Assembly: GCA_026391695.1 (NCBI GenBank)
Contig: JAPLDP010000089.1
Span: forward strand, 5,042-69,041
Origin: Bacteroidota bacterium
GTDB taxonomy: Bacteria; Bacteroidota; Bacteroidia; Bacteroidales; JAGONC01
Direction of reading: 5' to 3'
Length of the DNA stretch: 64,000 nt
Shown: positions 28,529 to 37,782 of the stretch, in pieces
How positions within the stretch are numbered: position 1 is the first letter of the stretch
Layout of the letters: each line of letters opens with the position of its first letter
Notes under the pieces: model-generated
Seen by the model: only the letters and a program-made list of their open reading frames with translations
Databases searched by the model: none
Told to the model about the DNA's origin: nothing
Translations under genes and position numbers: made by a program

Positions 28529-31051
28529 ATGATTATATTCAATCTAATACTTTCAACAAAATATCTGAAATATGCCAGGAAAGTGAAAAATCTAATATTT
28601 ATTCTCTGTTTTATATTTTTCGATTTTATCATTGTTCAGGCACAGCGGCCTGGTAATGCCGATTTATCTCAGCGACCCATGGGCGGTGTGATAAAGGGAC
28701 AAGTCATTGAAGCGGACCTTGGTACACTGATGGAATATGTCAATATCGTACTTTTCAGGTCAAAAGATTCTGTTATGGTCTCCGGCACTGTCACTTCCGA
28801 GGATGGAAAATTTGAGCTCCCCCGCGTAACCTTCGGTATCTGCTACATTAAAATCAGCTTTATAGGTTACGACGATAAATTCATGAATGACATCCAGGTT
28901 ACACCTAAACAACCAATCGTGGACCTGGGCAGGATCACTTTAAAGGCGACAGCAACAAATCTTGGTGGTGTTGAAATTGTTGCTGATAAGCAACACGTCG
29001 TTTACCAGATCGACAAAAAAATAATAAACGTCAGCCAGGATCTTATGTCACAGGGTGGTACTGCTATTGAGGCTCTGGAAAACGTGCCCTCGGTGCAGGT
29101 CGACATTGACGGCAACGTAAGCCTGAGAGGCAGCGGCAGCTTTACCCTTCTCATTGATGGCCGCCCCAGTGTCCTCGAAAACAGCGAAGCCCTGCGGCAA
29201 ATACCTGCATCTTCTATCGATCGTATTGAAATTATCACAAATCCGTCTGTTAAATATGATCCCGACGGCACCGCAGGCATCATTAACGTGATCATGAAAA
29301 AAAATATCAAAGCCGGTCTGAACGGAATCCTCAACGCCTCAGTGGGAACAGGTGATAAATATAGCGCCAGCCTTCTTCTGAATTACAGGTTAAAAAAAAT
29401 CAATTTCTTTGGTGGCATCGACTATAATAACTTCCATTCCACCGGAAAAGGCCATTCCACTACTGAAACCTACCTGATTGACACGACGAATTACCGGAAT
29501 ACCGATTCCCAAAGAAAATCAGCGAGAAAGGGCTATAATGTTAAAGGTGGCATAGATTATTTCGTCACTGATAAAAGCACTGTTTCTCTTTCAGGACGAT
29601 ATGGATATTATGGATCTGACATGAATAACTCATCTAACCGCTATATCTATACCCTACCTGTCACGACAGATGATTATTCCTATTCCGACAATGTATCTGA
29701 GAGAAAAGGTAATTTTTACGATGCAACGCTCAACTTCCAGCATAAATTCAAGGAAAATGGCCATACCCTGGAAGCTATGGCATTCTTCTCCAAGCGGATC
29801 GGCGATGACAATGAGACTCAGTCGGACTATACCACCGACCAAAACTGGAATATCATCGATTATAATCCCGATATCAACCGCACCTCCGAAGACGACCATT
29901 CAAATAATTTCAGGTTAAAGGCCGACTATGTAAGGCCTTTGGGCACAGCTGGGAAACTCGAAGCCGGATTTCAGAGCCGTATCGCAAAAGAAAATGCCAC
30001 CTATCTCTTTCAGAATTACGATTATGTGTCAGGATCGTGGATTGATAATCCGATGTATAGCAGCCAGATGGATTTCAGGGAATCCATTCATTCTCTGTAT
30101 GCGATGTTTTCGAGCAAATGGCTTGGCTTTCAGTATCAGCTTGGATTACGCGGCGAATATACTGACAGGCGGATTGAGGACATTCAATCGCCCGATCCCT
30201 ATGTCCTTTCGCTATGGGATTATTTCCCTACCATCCACCTGTCGCGTGAGTTGCCACTGGAACAGCAGTTGATGCTTAGTTACAGCCGCCGTATAAACCG
30301 TCCCCATGGGTGGGATTTGGACCCCTTTCAAAACTATATGGATCCCTATAATATCCGCATGGGAAATCCTGGCTTAAAACCGGAATATATTGATTCATAC
30401 GAACTGGGCTACCAGAAAAAATTCAGCGAATCGTTTGTCGCCCTGGATTCATATTACCGTATCACCAGGAACAAAATGGATGAGGTAACCACATTGCGGT
30501 CCGATGGCATTATGATTCATAAAGATGAAAACCTCAACAAGGATTATTCACTGGGAGCGGAACTGTCAGCAGATCTTGTATTAGCCAAATGGCTTGAGTT
30601 GTTTGGAAGCTTCGATATGTTCCATTACCGTCTGGTCGGAACTCTCAATGATGTGCCGGTCGATAATAAAAGTCTCACTTGGGAAGGACGCTTTAATGTC
30701 ACAGTGAAGCTCAGGGGCGACCTGCGTTTTCAGCTGACAACCCGATATGAAGGACCGCAGGTGGAAGCCCAGGGTACTGAGAAAGGTTCCTTTATGGCTA
30801 ACCTGGCTGTCAGGAAAGACTTCCTGCAAAGGAAACTCTCTGTTTCCTTATCTGCAAGAGACCTTTTTAAAACGGCTAAGCATGAAATGAGCACTAATGG
30901 CGTTGGCTTTTACTCACATGACCGTTTTACCCGTGAAGCCCCCGTTGTTATCCTGACCCTCAGCTATAGGATTAACAACTACAAAAAGGAGCTGGACAAA
31001 CTGGAGAATGGTGAGGATAGACAGGATAGCGGTGAAGAAACAGAGTTCTAA
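28529..31051 (+). CDS. TonB-dependent-type outer-membrane receptor with an N-terminal CarboxypepD_reg domain
   Basis: CarboxypepD_reg-like segment (VIKGQVIEADLGTLMEYVNIVLF...TVTSEDGKFEL). Plug-like segment (TAIEALENVPSVQVDIDGNVSLRGS...IDRIEIITNPS). Long barrel ending in F. The real start may be the in-frame GTG a few codons before KNLIFILCF. Confidence 0.75.
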   Translation: MIIFNLILSTKYLKYARKVKNLIFILCFIFFDFIIVQAQRPGNADLSQRPMGGVIKGQVIEADLGTLMEYVNIVLFRSKDSVMVSGTVTSEDGKFELPRVTFGICYIKISFIGYDDKFMNDIQVTPKQPIVDLGRITLKATATNLGGVEIVADKQHVVYQIDKKIINVSQDLMSQGGTAIEALENVPSVQVDIDGNVSLRGSGSFTLLIDGRPSVLENSEALRQIPASSIDRIEIITNPSVKYDPDGTAGIINVIMKKNIKAGLNGILNASVGTGDKYSASLLLNYRLKKINFFGGIDYNNFHSTGKGHSTTETYLIDTTNYRNTDSQRKSARKGYNVKGGIDYFVTDKSTVSLSGRYGYYGSDMNNSSNRYIYTLPVTTDDYSYSDNVSERKGNFYDATLNFQHKFKENGHTLEAMAFFSKRIGDDNETQSDYTTDQNWNIIDYNPDINRTSEDDHSNNFRLKADYVRPLGTAGKLEAGFQSRIAKENATYLFQNYDYVSGSWIDNPMYSSQMDFRESIHSLYAMFSSKWLGFQYQLGLRGEYTDRRIEDIQSPDPYVLSLWDYFPTIHLSRELPLEQQLMLSYSRRINRPHGWDLDPFQNYMDPYNIRMGNPGLKPEYIDSYELGYQKKFSESFVALDSYYRITRNKMDEVTTLRSDGIMIHKDENLNKDYSLGAELSADLVLAKWLELFGSFDMFHYRLVGTLNDVPVDNKSLTWEGRFNVTVKLRGDLRFQLTTRYEGPQVEAQGTEKGSFMANLAVRKDFLQRKLSVSLSARDLFKTAKHEMSTNGVGFYSHDRFTREAPVVILTLSYRINNYKKELDKLENGEDRQDSGEETEF

Positions 31052-32142
31052 AGTCTCTTTGTCAGGTTCTGAACCACCTCGAACTTATTTAAAAACTGCT
31101 TGGCAATAATGCGCGCCACAGTATAGGCAGGGATTGCCAGTAACATACCGATGATACCGGCAATGCTGCCGGCAAGGAGTATCACAACGAATATCTCCAG
31201 TGGGTGTGCCCGTACGCTGGTTGAGTAAATCCATGGCTGTAATACGATATCATCGATGCCCTTGACAACAATAAATGTTCCGATGATCTTCAGGAAAATG
31301 GGCATAAGTGCCGTATACTCACCGCTGTTCACGCTGGCCGTAATGCCAATCAGTACACCCAGCGCTGCGGCAATAAATGGACCCAAGTATGGAATAACAT
31401 TGATCAGCCCGCCAAAAAAACCGATCAGAAAAGCATTATCCACGCCCAGAATAGTTAAAATTATGGAAAGCATCGCTACCATGCAGATCATTTCAACTGA
31501 GAGCCCTATAAAGTAACGTGACAACAATTCCCGGATGGATCTTAAAGCATTGGAAGTCTGCTCCTTATATTTTGAAGGAGTGAACAGCATCATGCCATTG
31601 TAAAACAGATGATCATCCTTTAAAAAGAAAAACGTCATGAAAACAATGGAAATAATACCGATAAATATCATTCCTGTGAGGCTTAAAATATTGGAAAAAA
31701 GGTTTGAAAAGGTGTTGAGGCTGAAAAAAGATTGTAACTGCCTGTTAAGCAATTCCTCGATAGTCTGATCAGGGGGTAGGATACGGTACCTGATCAGAAT
31801 TTCCTGCAGATTATTTAAAGGCGTTTTGACACTTTCGTGAAGTTGTTCGAGGTTGATACTTGCAATGACATCCAGCTGCCTGACAACTAATGGTATAAAA
31901 AGAATAAAAAAACCGATGATGACAGATAAAATAACAATGAGGGTGATAATAGTGCTGAGCACATGAGGCAGAGTGAACCTGCCAATCTTTATCCTGTCGA
32001 GTATCCTGACAAGAGGCTGGCCGATGAAAGAGAGTATGGCTGAAATAAGTATAAAAGACACAATGGCCGAAAACCGCCAGACAAGAAAAAAAATGACTGC
32101 GATACCTAGGAGAGTGATGATAAGATTAAAAAATCTGTTCAT
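31048..32142 (-). CDS. AI-2E family (PerM/UPF0118) transporter
   Basis: ~8-TM protein with the NVIPYLGPFIAA and HPLEIFVVILLAG pattern typical of UPF0118. Confidence 0.8.
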   Translation of the reverse strand: MNRFFNLIITLLGIAVIFFLVWRFSAIVSFILISAILSFIGQPLVRILDRIKIGRFTLPHVLSTIITLIVILSVIIGFFILFIPLVVRQLDVIASINLEQLHESVKTPLNNLQEILIRYRILPPDQTIEELLNRQLQSFFSLNTFSNLFSNILSLTGMIFIGIISIVFMTFFFLKDDHLFYNGMMLFTPSKYKEQTSNALRSIRELLSRYFIGLSVEMICMVAMLSIILTILGVDNAFLIGFFGGLINVIPYLGPFIAAALGVLIGITASVNSGEYTALMPIFLKIIGTFIVVKGIDDIVLQPWIYSTSVRAHPLEIFVVILLAGSIAGIIGMLLAIPAYTVARIIAKQFLNKFEVVQNLTKRL

Positions 32143-32203
32143 GATGTAAAGTTATGATAAAAATCAATAAAGGCAAAACATTACCACATTACGAGGAATT
32201 TAA

Positions 32204-32273
32204 CCTCACCCCCTTCACCCCCTCTCAGATCCCCGCGTACGCGGGGACCAAGGAGAGGGGGACGGGGGTGAGG
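32204..32273. repeat. 70-nt GC-rich three-tier hairpin (REP-like element or terminator)
   Basis: Pairings read directly: 32204-32213/32264-32273 (10 bp), 32218-32226/32253-32261 (9 bp), and an inner perfect palindrome ccccgcgtacgcgggg (32231-32246). It starts 4 nt after the stop of the 814-aa gene. Confidence 0.7.
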
Positions 32274-32277
32274 CCAA

Positions 32278-34722
32278 TCAAAATAATTCAGGAAGCTGCA
32301 AGGTAACCTTGAAGGCAAAGTTATCAATGGTTCTGCTAAGTGTATAAGGTCCTAACCGGTAAAAGGTTCCGAGTCCAACTGAAAAAAGCCCTACATCTAA
32401 AAGATGATTGATCAGTAATCCTGTTTCAAAATATCCATCCTCCATCGTTTTATAGTCAATACCATAATGATGGCCAGGATATTTCAGCCATCCGAAACCC
32501 ATGTTAAAAGCGAATGCCGGCTCCGGATTGAAATGGTTGCCGCGGTAAAGGAGTTTACCAAAATCATGCGTGAAATATAAGGCAATATAACGATCAGAAA
32601 GGAATTCATTCAGGTGCATAGTAGCAAAACTGTTTGGGGCAAAGATGGTAAATGCCTGATAACTGCCATTACCCGAATAAAGATCACTGCAGGGAACCGG
32701 CGTGTTCACAAGACCTGCGCTGATCTGTACAGACGGTTTACCGATATATCTGATATAAAATGACTTCTGGATTTTCAAGTCAAACCGGTCGTACGCAAAT
32801 TCTCCTCCAAAAAGATCTTTTAATCCTCTCGTATAATTGAACCATATTATAGGATAATCCGTACCGAGAGATACCCTGGCGCGGGTACTTTTTAAAAACT
32901 TCTCCTTATATGCATAGCGGAATCCTATGGATAGTTGTGTGAAATTGAACTGATTGGTCATATTTACAAGGGATTCACCTGCAATACCATAATAATACCC
33001 ATAACCTGACTTTTTATAAGCTGTACCGAATGACAGGCACATCTTCATGTATTGCAACGCTCGGAATTCAACCGTTGCCTCCTTTACTTCCATCCTGTCC
33101 ATTTTCATCACCAAAAAATCACGGAGATTTTCATATCTGAACTTACGATAATCATCAAAGAACCGTGTTCCGCCACTTTCAGCCACATCGTTAATATATC
33201 GTATGCCGAATTCCAGCTCACGATTGCGGCTCACCAACCAACTGATATCCCCTCCATACTTGGCTGTTTTATCCCTGAATGCATACCCCCAGTAACCACC
33301 AAACTTAATATGACGAGAGACCTGCTGATTGGTATGTGCTCCCAGCCCAAAATAAAAGCCCTCAACGTCGTTGTACCTGAAAAATTTATTGACGTCAATG
33401 TCAAGAAATTTATAAGGTATTTTATTCGTCATGAGTGTCTCTATAGTCTTGGCAATTCTATCGAACTCCATTGCATCTCCGATGCTGTCAATATAACGGT
33501 AAGTTTCTTTGTCCCTAACTGAAAGACTGTCAATGCGATAATCCTTCCAGAATGTCTCCGGCTGTTTGAATGCGATGGGATCTACATCCACTTCAATGCT
33601 GCTGAACTGTCTTTTGATTAAATCCGGATTGAGAAGGATATCGCGGATATAACTCTTCCCTATTCCGACAACATGATAGGAGCTGCTGTCAGCATTCACT
33701 CCCACAAAGTTCAGAATAATATCCGTATTGAGTTGTACTGGGAACCAATGTGAATTATCGGCCAGTTCATACATTTGCTGAATCTTCATACCGATACCAC
33801 GTTCTTCCCTGGCAGGCTCTGCAATGACATTTTCTATGGCCCAGCCGTTCGTATTTATATAGAGAAGCCCTTTGAGTCCGTCAAAATTGGTACTCTTATA
33901 TGGACGGTACGAAATCACATAAGTAGTATCCCGGCTGTTTTCATGAAAAAGAGTATCAGCCAGGTCAAAGAAATATTTATTGATGCTACCCCTGCTTATG
34001 GGATTTACATAGTTCTTATCTGAAATTTTTATGAGTTCCTTGTAAAAAGATGTGGACTGCATCTGGGAAATAAGAAATACAAACATCGGATCTTTAAATC
34101 CTGATACACGTGAAGCGACGACCTTCTCATAATTTCTGTCGGGATACAGGAATTTACGCTCCGAAACGGTTTCCATCAGAAATAAATTCTTCTCCCTGAA
34201 AAACTTCTGTGTTTTGATAAAACCTGAATCAGGACGCAGTGTATCCGGCTTAGAAATAGTATCAACATCAGCAGTAAAGTACATCTTATCATAGGATGTA
34301 TAAGAAAACGACTGCATTTTCTCCGGGTCATTCCTGTCACGGTTATCGATGGCATTGAGGATGATACGGTGTGCAGGATTTATTCCCGGAAAGATTTCCA
34401 CGGCCGCCAGGTCAATGATACCGGGAGTGAGCCGGATTAGAAGAGGCTCAGAATAACCGGTCACTGGAAATGCCAGGGTTTTATAACCGACATAACTAAA
34501 TATCAGTATGCTAATGGGCTGATTATTTGACACTCTGAATTTCCCGTCGATATCGGTCACAGTGCCGCTACGGCTATCGTTGACAACAACATTAACAAAA
34601 GCGAGAGGCTGTCGCGTGGCACTGTCAATGACTTTGCCAGCCAAATTATAGGTCTGGGATGACGTAAGATAGGGAAAGAAAAACGCCGTCAGAAAAATCA
34701 GCTTTCGGAAAGTGATTCTCAT
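32278..34722 (-). CDS. CarboxypepD_reg-domain outer-membrane beta-barrel protein (DUF5686-like)
   Basis: Signal peptide. YNLAGKVIDSATRQPLAFVNVVVNDSRSGTVTDIDGKFRV is CarboxypepD_reg-like. The rest is long and aromatic-rich, and the protein ends ...LQLPELF. The DUF name is from memory. Confidence 0.55.
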   Translation of the reverse strand: MRITFRKLIFLTAFFFPYLTSSQTYNLAGKVIDSATRQPLAFVNVVVNDSRSGTVTDIDGKFRVSNNQPISILIFSYVGYKTLAFPVTGYSEPLLIRLTPGIIDLAAVEIFPGINPAHRIILNAIDNRDRNDPEKMQSFSYTSYDKMYFTADVDTISKPDTLRPDSGFIKTQKFFREKNLFLMETVSERKFLYPDRNYEKVVASRVSGFKDPMFVFLISQMQSTSFYKELIKISDKNYVNPISRGSINKYFFDLADTLFHENSRDTTYVISYRPYKSTNFDGLKGLLYINTNGWAIENVIAEPAREERGIGMKIQQMYELADNSHWFPVQLNTDIILNFVGVNADSSSYHVVGIGKSYIRDILLNPDLIKRQFSSIEVDVDPIAFKQPETFWKDYRIDSLSVRDKETYRYIDSIGDAMEFDRIAKTIETLMTNKIPYKFLDIDVNKFFRYNDVEGFYFGLGAHTNQQVSRHIKFGGYWGYAFRDKTAKYGGDISWLVSRNRELEFGIRYINDVAESGGTRFFDDYRKFRYENLRDFLVMKMDRMEVKEATVEFRALQYMKMCLSFGTAYKKSGYGYYYGIAGESLVNMTNQFNFTQLSIGFRYAYKEKFLKSTRARVSLGTDYPIIWFNYTRGLKDLFGGEFAYDRFDLKIQKSFYIRYIGKPSVQISAGLVNTPVPCSDLYSGNGSYQAFTIFAPNSFATMHLNEFLSDRYIALYFTHDFGKLLYRGNHFNPEPAFAFNMGFGWLKYPGHHYGIDYKTMEDGYFETGLLINHLLDVGLFSVGLGTFYRLGPYTLSRTIDNFAFKVTLQLPELF

Positions 34723-35441
34723 TCCCTTTGTAAACTGTTAGAAATCTGAGTGTAAAAATAGTCTTCGAGTTCCTTCAGGGTGTTCTCATCCTTCACGATA
34801 TCCTTGACAATAATGCCCTTATCGAGGATGATTATACGGTCGCATACCTCGGTTACATGGTTCAGATCATGACTTGATATGAGCATGGTGATGTCGCGCT
34901 GCTTTTTGAGTTCCTTCAGAAGGATCTTTAGTCTGATTTGGGTTGTCGGATCCAGGTTGTTGAAGGGTTCATCCAGTACCAGGATTTCCGGCTCAGCCAT
35001 CAGGGCAGCAGCTATACCAACCTTTTTCTGATTTCCGTGCGACAGGTCACGGATATATTTCTTTTTACCGGTAATCTCTTCATTAAAAAATTCATTGAAA
35101 TTGTTATAAAATTCTGTCATATCACCATCCGACAATCCATTGACTTTGCCGATGAATTCAAAATACTCTTCCGGTGTCAGGAAATCAATGAGAAATCCTT
35201 CATCGAGGTAGGAACCCGTATAAACTTTCCAGGCATCCTCACGCGCGACGTTCCGGCCATTGGATAATACATACCCGTTGTTAGCGCGAATAAGGTCAAG
35301 AACCAACCGGAAGAAGGTTGTTTTCCCTGCCCCGTTATTGCCTACAAGCCCGAAACTCTCCCCTTTCCGGATGACCAGACCGGGTATATTCAGTACGGTC
35401 TCACCATTGTAAACCTTGGTTAAATCTTTTACTTCGATCAT
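34719..35441 (-). CDS. ABC transporter ATP-binding protein (ABC-2/CcmA-like)
   Basis: Walker A GNNGAGKTT, signature LSHGNQKK, Walker B ILVLDEP, H-loop SSHD. ATGA overlap with the downstream OM barrel gene. Confidence 0.85.
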   Translation of the reverse strand: MIEVKDLTKVYNGETVLNIPGLVIRKGESFGLVGNNGAGKTTFFRLVLDLIRANNGYVLSNGRNVAREDAWKVYTGSYLDEGFLIDFLTPEEYFEFIGKVNGLSDGDMTEFYNNFNEFFNEEITGKKKYIRDLSHGNQKKVGIAAALMAEPEILVLDEPFNNLDPTTQIRLKILLKELKKQRDITMLISSHDLNHVTEVCDRIIILDKGIIVKDIVKDENTLKELEDYFYTQISNSLQRE

Positions 35442-35511
35442 AATATGACTATTTAATAATTTTATGAATTCACACTGAAATATTTCATTTAATAAGGATC
35501 AGCATAAGGAT

Positions 35512-36990
35512 CTATTTTTCCCTGAATCCTTCAGCCATGATGTACTTCCGTTTCTCCAGGTTATTGACAATCAGTTTTAATAATGATTTGTGAAAAGCCA
35601 GTCCGGCAACGCCCAGGATGCCTAAAAACAAAATTCCTGCATAAGGGTATCCCGCCAGTCGGAATGGTAGAACCAACAAAACAGGTAAAAGAAAACCCGG
35701 TAAAATGGCCAGCCAGTTCATGGCACTTATACCCTGGTAATTGAAGGCCGATGGCCTCGACAGATCTATCCTCTTCTTATTGAATGTGGCCATGTATAAT
35801 AATATAAATGACAGAAATCCAATATTATACAAATAAAGGGCGAAATTGACAAGTATTATTTTCCAGCCAAAAAAAGCATACGGCAGTGTGACAATAAAAC
35901 ATATTGTACAAAGCATGACCGAGATCATGAATTTGATCCTTATATATTTAATAAAATCTATATTGTTGGTAAGGATAGCATCGAAATAACAACTCTCCCA
36001 TCCGAAAGCATAGTTGATATAACTGAGCATCATGCCGCCTGTCATGAAAAAGCCGACAAATATCAGGAATGCAAAGCCATCGCGATATATTGGCTGGGGA
36101 TAGAAGAAAAGCCCGTAAAGTACAAACAACGGAAAGAGATAGATAATCGTCCTTGTCCGCTTATTACGCCACATCAGCTTTATTTCCAGGGCTATCATTT
36201 CACCGGTCAGGCCCAGCGTTTTAAAATACCGGAGGTTTGTTAAGGCATCTACATTCCCGTCTTTATGCGTCTGTAGTTCTTCAGCAAATAACTTCGCCCT
36301 TAGGAAAGCATAATAATTGACATAAGATAAGATCATCAGGAAGACAGGAATAACAGCCATCACAGGATGGCTGCATAGATAATTAAACATCCGGCCTGAT
36401 AAAGCCGACAATGAAATGACATGAAAGTAATCGAGAGCTATGGCCAAGGCCAGTATCAGTGCTACATACCCGATAATTCCCGGCTTATTGCCGATCTGAC
36501 GTTTCAGATAAGAAGCGAAAAAATTATTGAATAATACCAGGCTTATCACCGATATCAGCCAAATCCAGGAAATGCCTGAGGAATATACCTGGGGAATGAC
36601 CTTAAATGCAAAAGGAATGAAAATAAAAAGAGGCAAGATATTAAAGATGCTGAGTTTGGTTTTTAGCACGGCATAGTGCACGATAGCCGGCTTTTTTACC
36701 GGCATGTGCAGGTAGGCCTCAAATGAAAACGCCGAAAGCTGCTGGATAAAAAAACGGACAACCAGATCTGACAGAAAATAATACAGCAGGATCCCATTGA
36801 ACAGGGTGACAGGATTTTTATCCGGCGCAATGTCACTGAGGATCTTATCGATCAGTATTCCTACCAGGAAAAGCTCAAGGAAAATAATAAACAGGAAGAA
36901 GCCCAGAATGACATTGGTCAATACATTTTTCTGCCAAATCGATGACCTGGTAGCCTGCTTCCACTGATGGCGGATGAACCATTTGAACAT
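35512..36990 (-). CDS. Polytopic (~12 hydrophobic segments) membrane protein, putative ABC permease (DUF5687-like)
   Basis: 492 aa. By eye there are two blocks of ~6 TM segments separated by a charged loop (RAKLFAEELQTHKDGN...WRNKRTRT). The gene sits directly upstream of the ABC ATPase. The DUF name is from memory. Confidence 0.5.
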   Translation of the reverse strand: MFKWFIRHQWKQATRSSIWQKNVLTNVILGFFLFIIFLELFLVGILIDKILSDIAPDKNPVTLFNGILLYYFLSDLVVRFFIQQLSAFSFEAYLHMPVKKPAIVHYAVLKTKLSIFNILPLFIFIPFAFKVIPQVYSSGISWIWLISVISLVLFNNFFASYLKRQIGNKPGIIGYVALILALAIALDYFHVISLSALSGRMFNYLCSHPVMAVIPVFLMILSYVNYYAFLRAKLFAEELQTHKDGNVDALTNLRYFKTLGLTGEMIALEIKLMWRNKRTRTIIYLFPLFVLYGLFFYPQPIYRDGFAFLIFVGFFMTGGMMLSYINYAFGWESCYFDAILTNNIDFIKYIRIKFMISVMLCTICFIVTLPYAFFGWKIILVNFALYLYNIGFLSFILLYMATFNKKRIDLSRPSAFNYQGISAMNWLAILPGFLLPVLLVLPFRLAGYPYAGILFLGILGVAGLAFHKSLLKLIVNNLEKRKYIMAEGFREK

Positions 36991-37071
36991 ACAGATAATA
37001 GTATTAAATGAACAAGGGGATGGTCAACATTAGTTAGGGGAGCAATTTATGACTTTTTTTGGAAATATGGC

Positions 37072-37782
37072 TTATTCTCTTACATCAAGTTTAAATCCTG
37101 TCCCATGAACATTAAGTATGGATATCCTGGGATCGCCTTTAAAGTATTTTCGCAGTTTTGTGATAAATACATCCATACTCCTGCCTATGAAATAATCATC
37201 GTCACCCCAAACCATTATCAATGCCTGTTCGCGGGTAAGGACTTTATTCTTATTGATACACAGCAGTTTTAAAAGGGCTGTTTCCTTTCGTGTGAGTTTT
37301 TTTTCGAAGTTATCACTTTTCAGTAACAGATTGTGGGGATCAAAGGTATATTTCCCGATCGTGAATACTTCTTCACTGTCAGGCATGGAGTTTTCCTTTG
37401 CAGTACAACGGCGGAGGATAGCTTCAATCCGCAGGCTCAGCTCCTCGCTGCTGAAAGGCTTTGTGATATAATCATCGCAACCCGATTTAAAGCCGATAAT
37501 ACGGTCTTCTTTAAGTGCTTTTGCCGTAAGAAAAATAATCGGTACAGCCTCATTTCTTTCCCTGATTTCATTTGCAAGGGTGAAACCGTCCTTTTTAGGC
37601 ATCATCACATCGAGAATGCAAAGATCAATCTTATGAGCCCGGAATGATATATATCCTTCTTCACCATCTCTGGCCAGAACTGTTGAATATCCGAGCATCT
37701 CAAGATAATCTCCGAGGACAGTGCTCAGGTTGGGATCATCCTCAACAAGCAATATACGAATCCCTGACTTATTATTCTTCAT
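37072..37782 (-). CDS. OmpR-family response regulator (receiver + winged-helix)
   Basis: ILLVEDDPNL, DLCILDVMMPKKDG, FLTAK, and a C-terminal LTRKETALLKLL...YFIGRSMDVFITKLRKY. Confidence 0.9.
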   Translation of the reverse strand: MKNNKSGIRILLVEDDPNLSTVLGDYLEMLGYSTVLARDGEEGYISFRAHKIDLCILDVMMPKKDGFTLANEIRERNEAVPIIFLTAKALKEDRIIGFKSGCDDYITKPFSSEELSLRIEAILRRCTAKENSMPDSEEVFTIGKYTFDPHNLLLKSDNFEKKLTRKETALLKLLCINKNKVLTREQALIMVWGDDDYFIGRSMDVFITKLRKYFKGDPRISILNVHGTGFKLDVRE

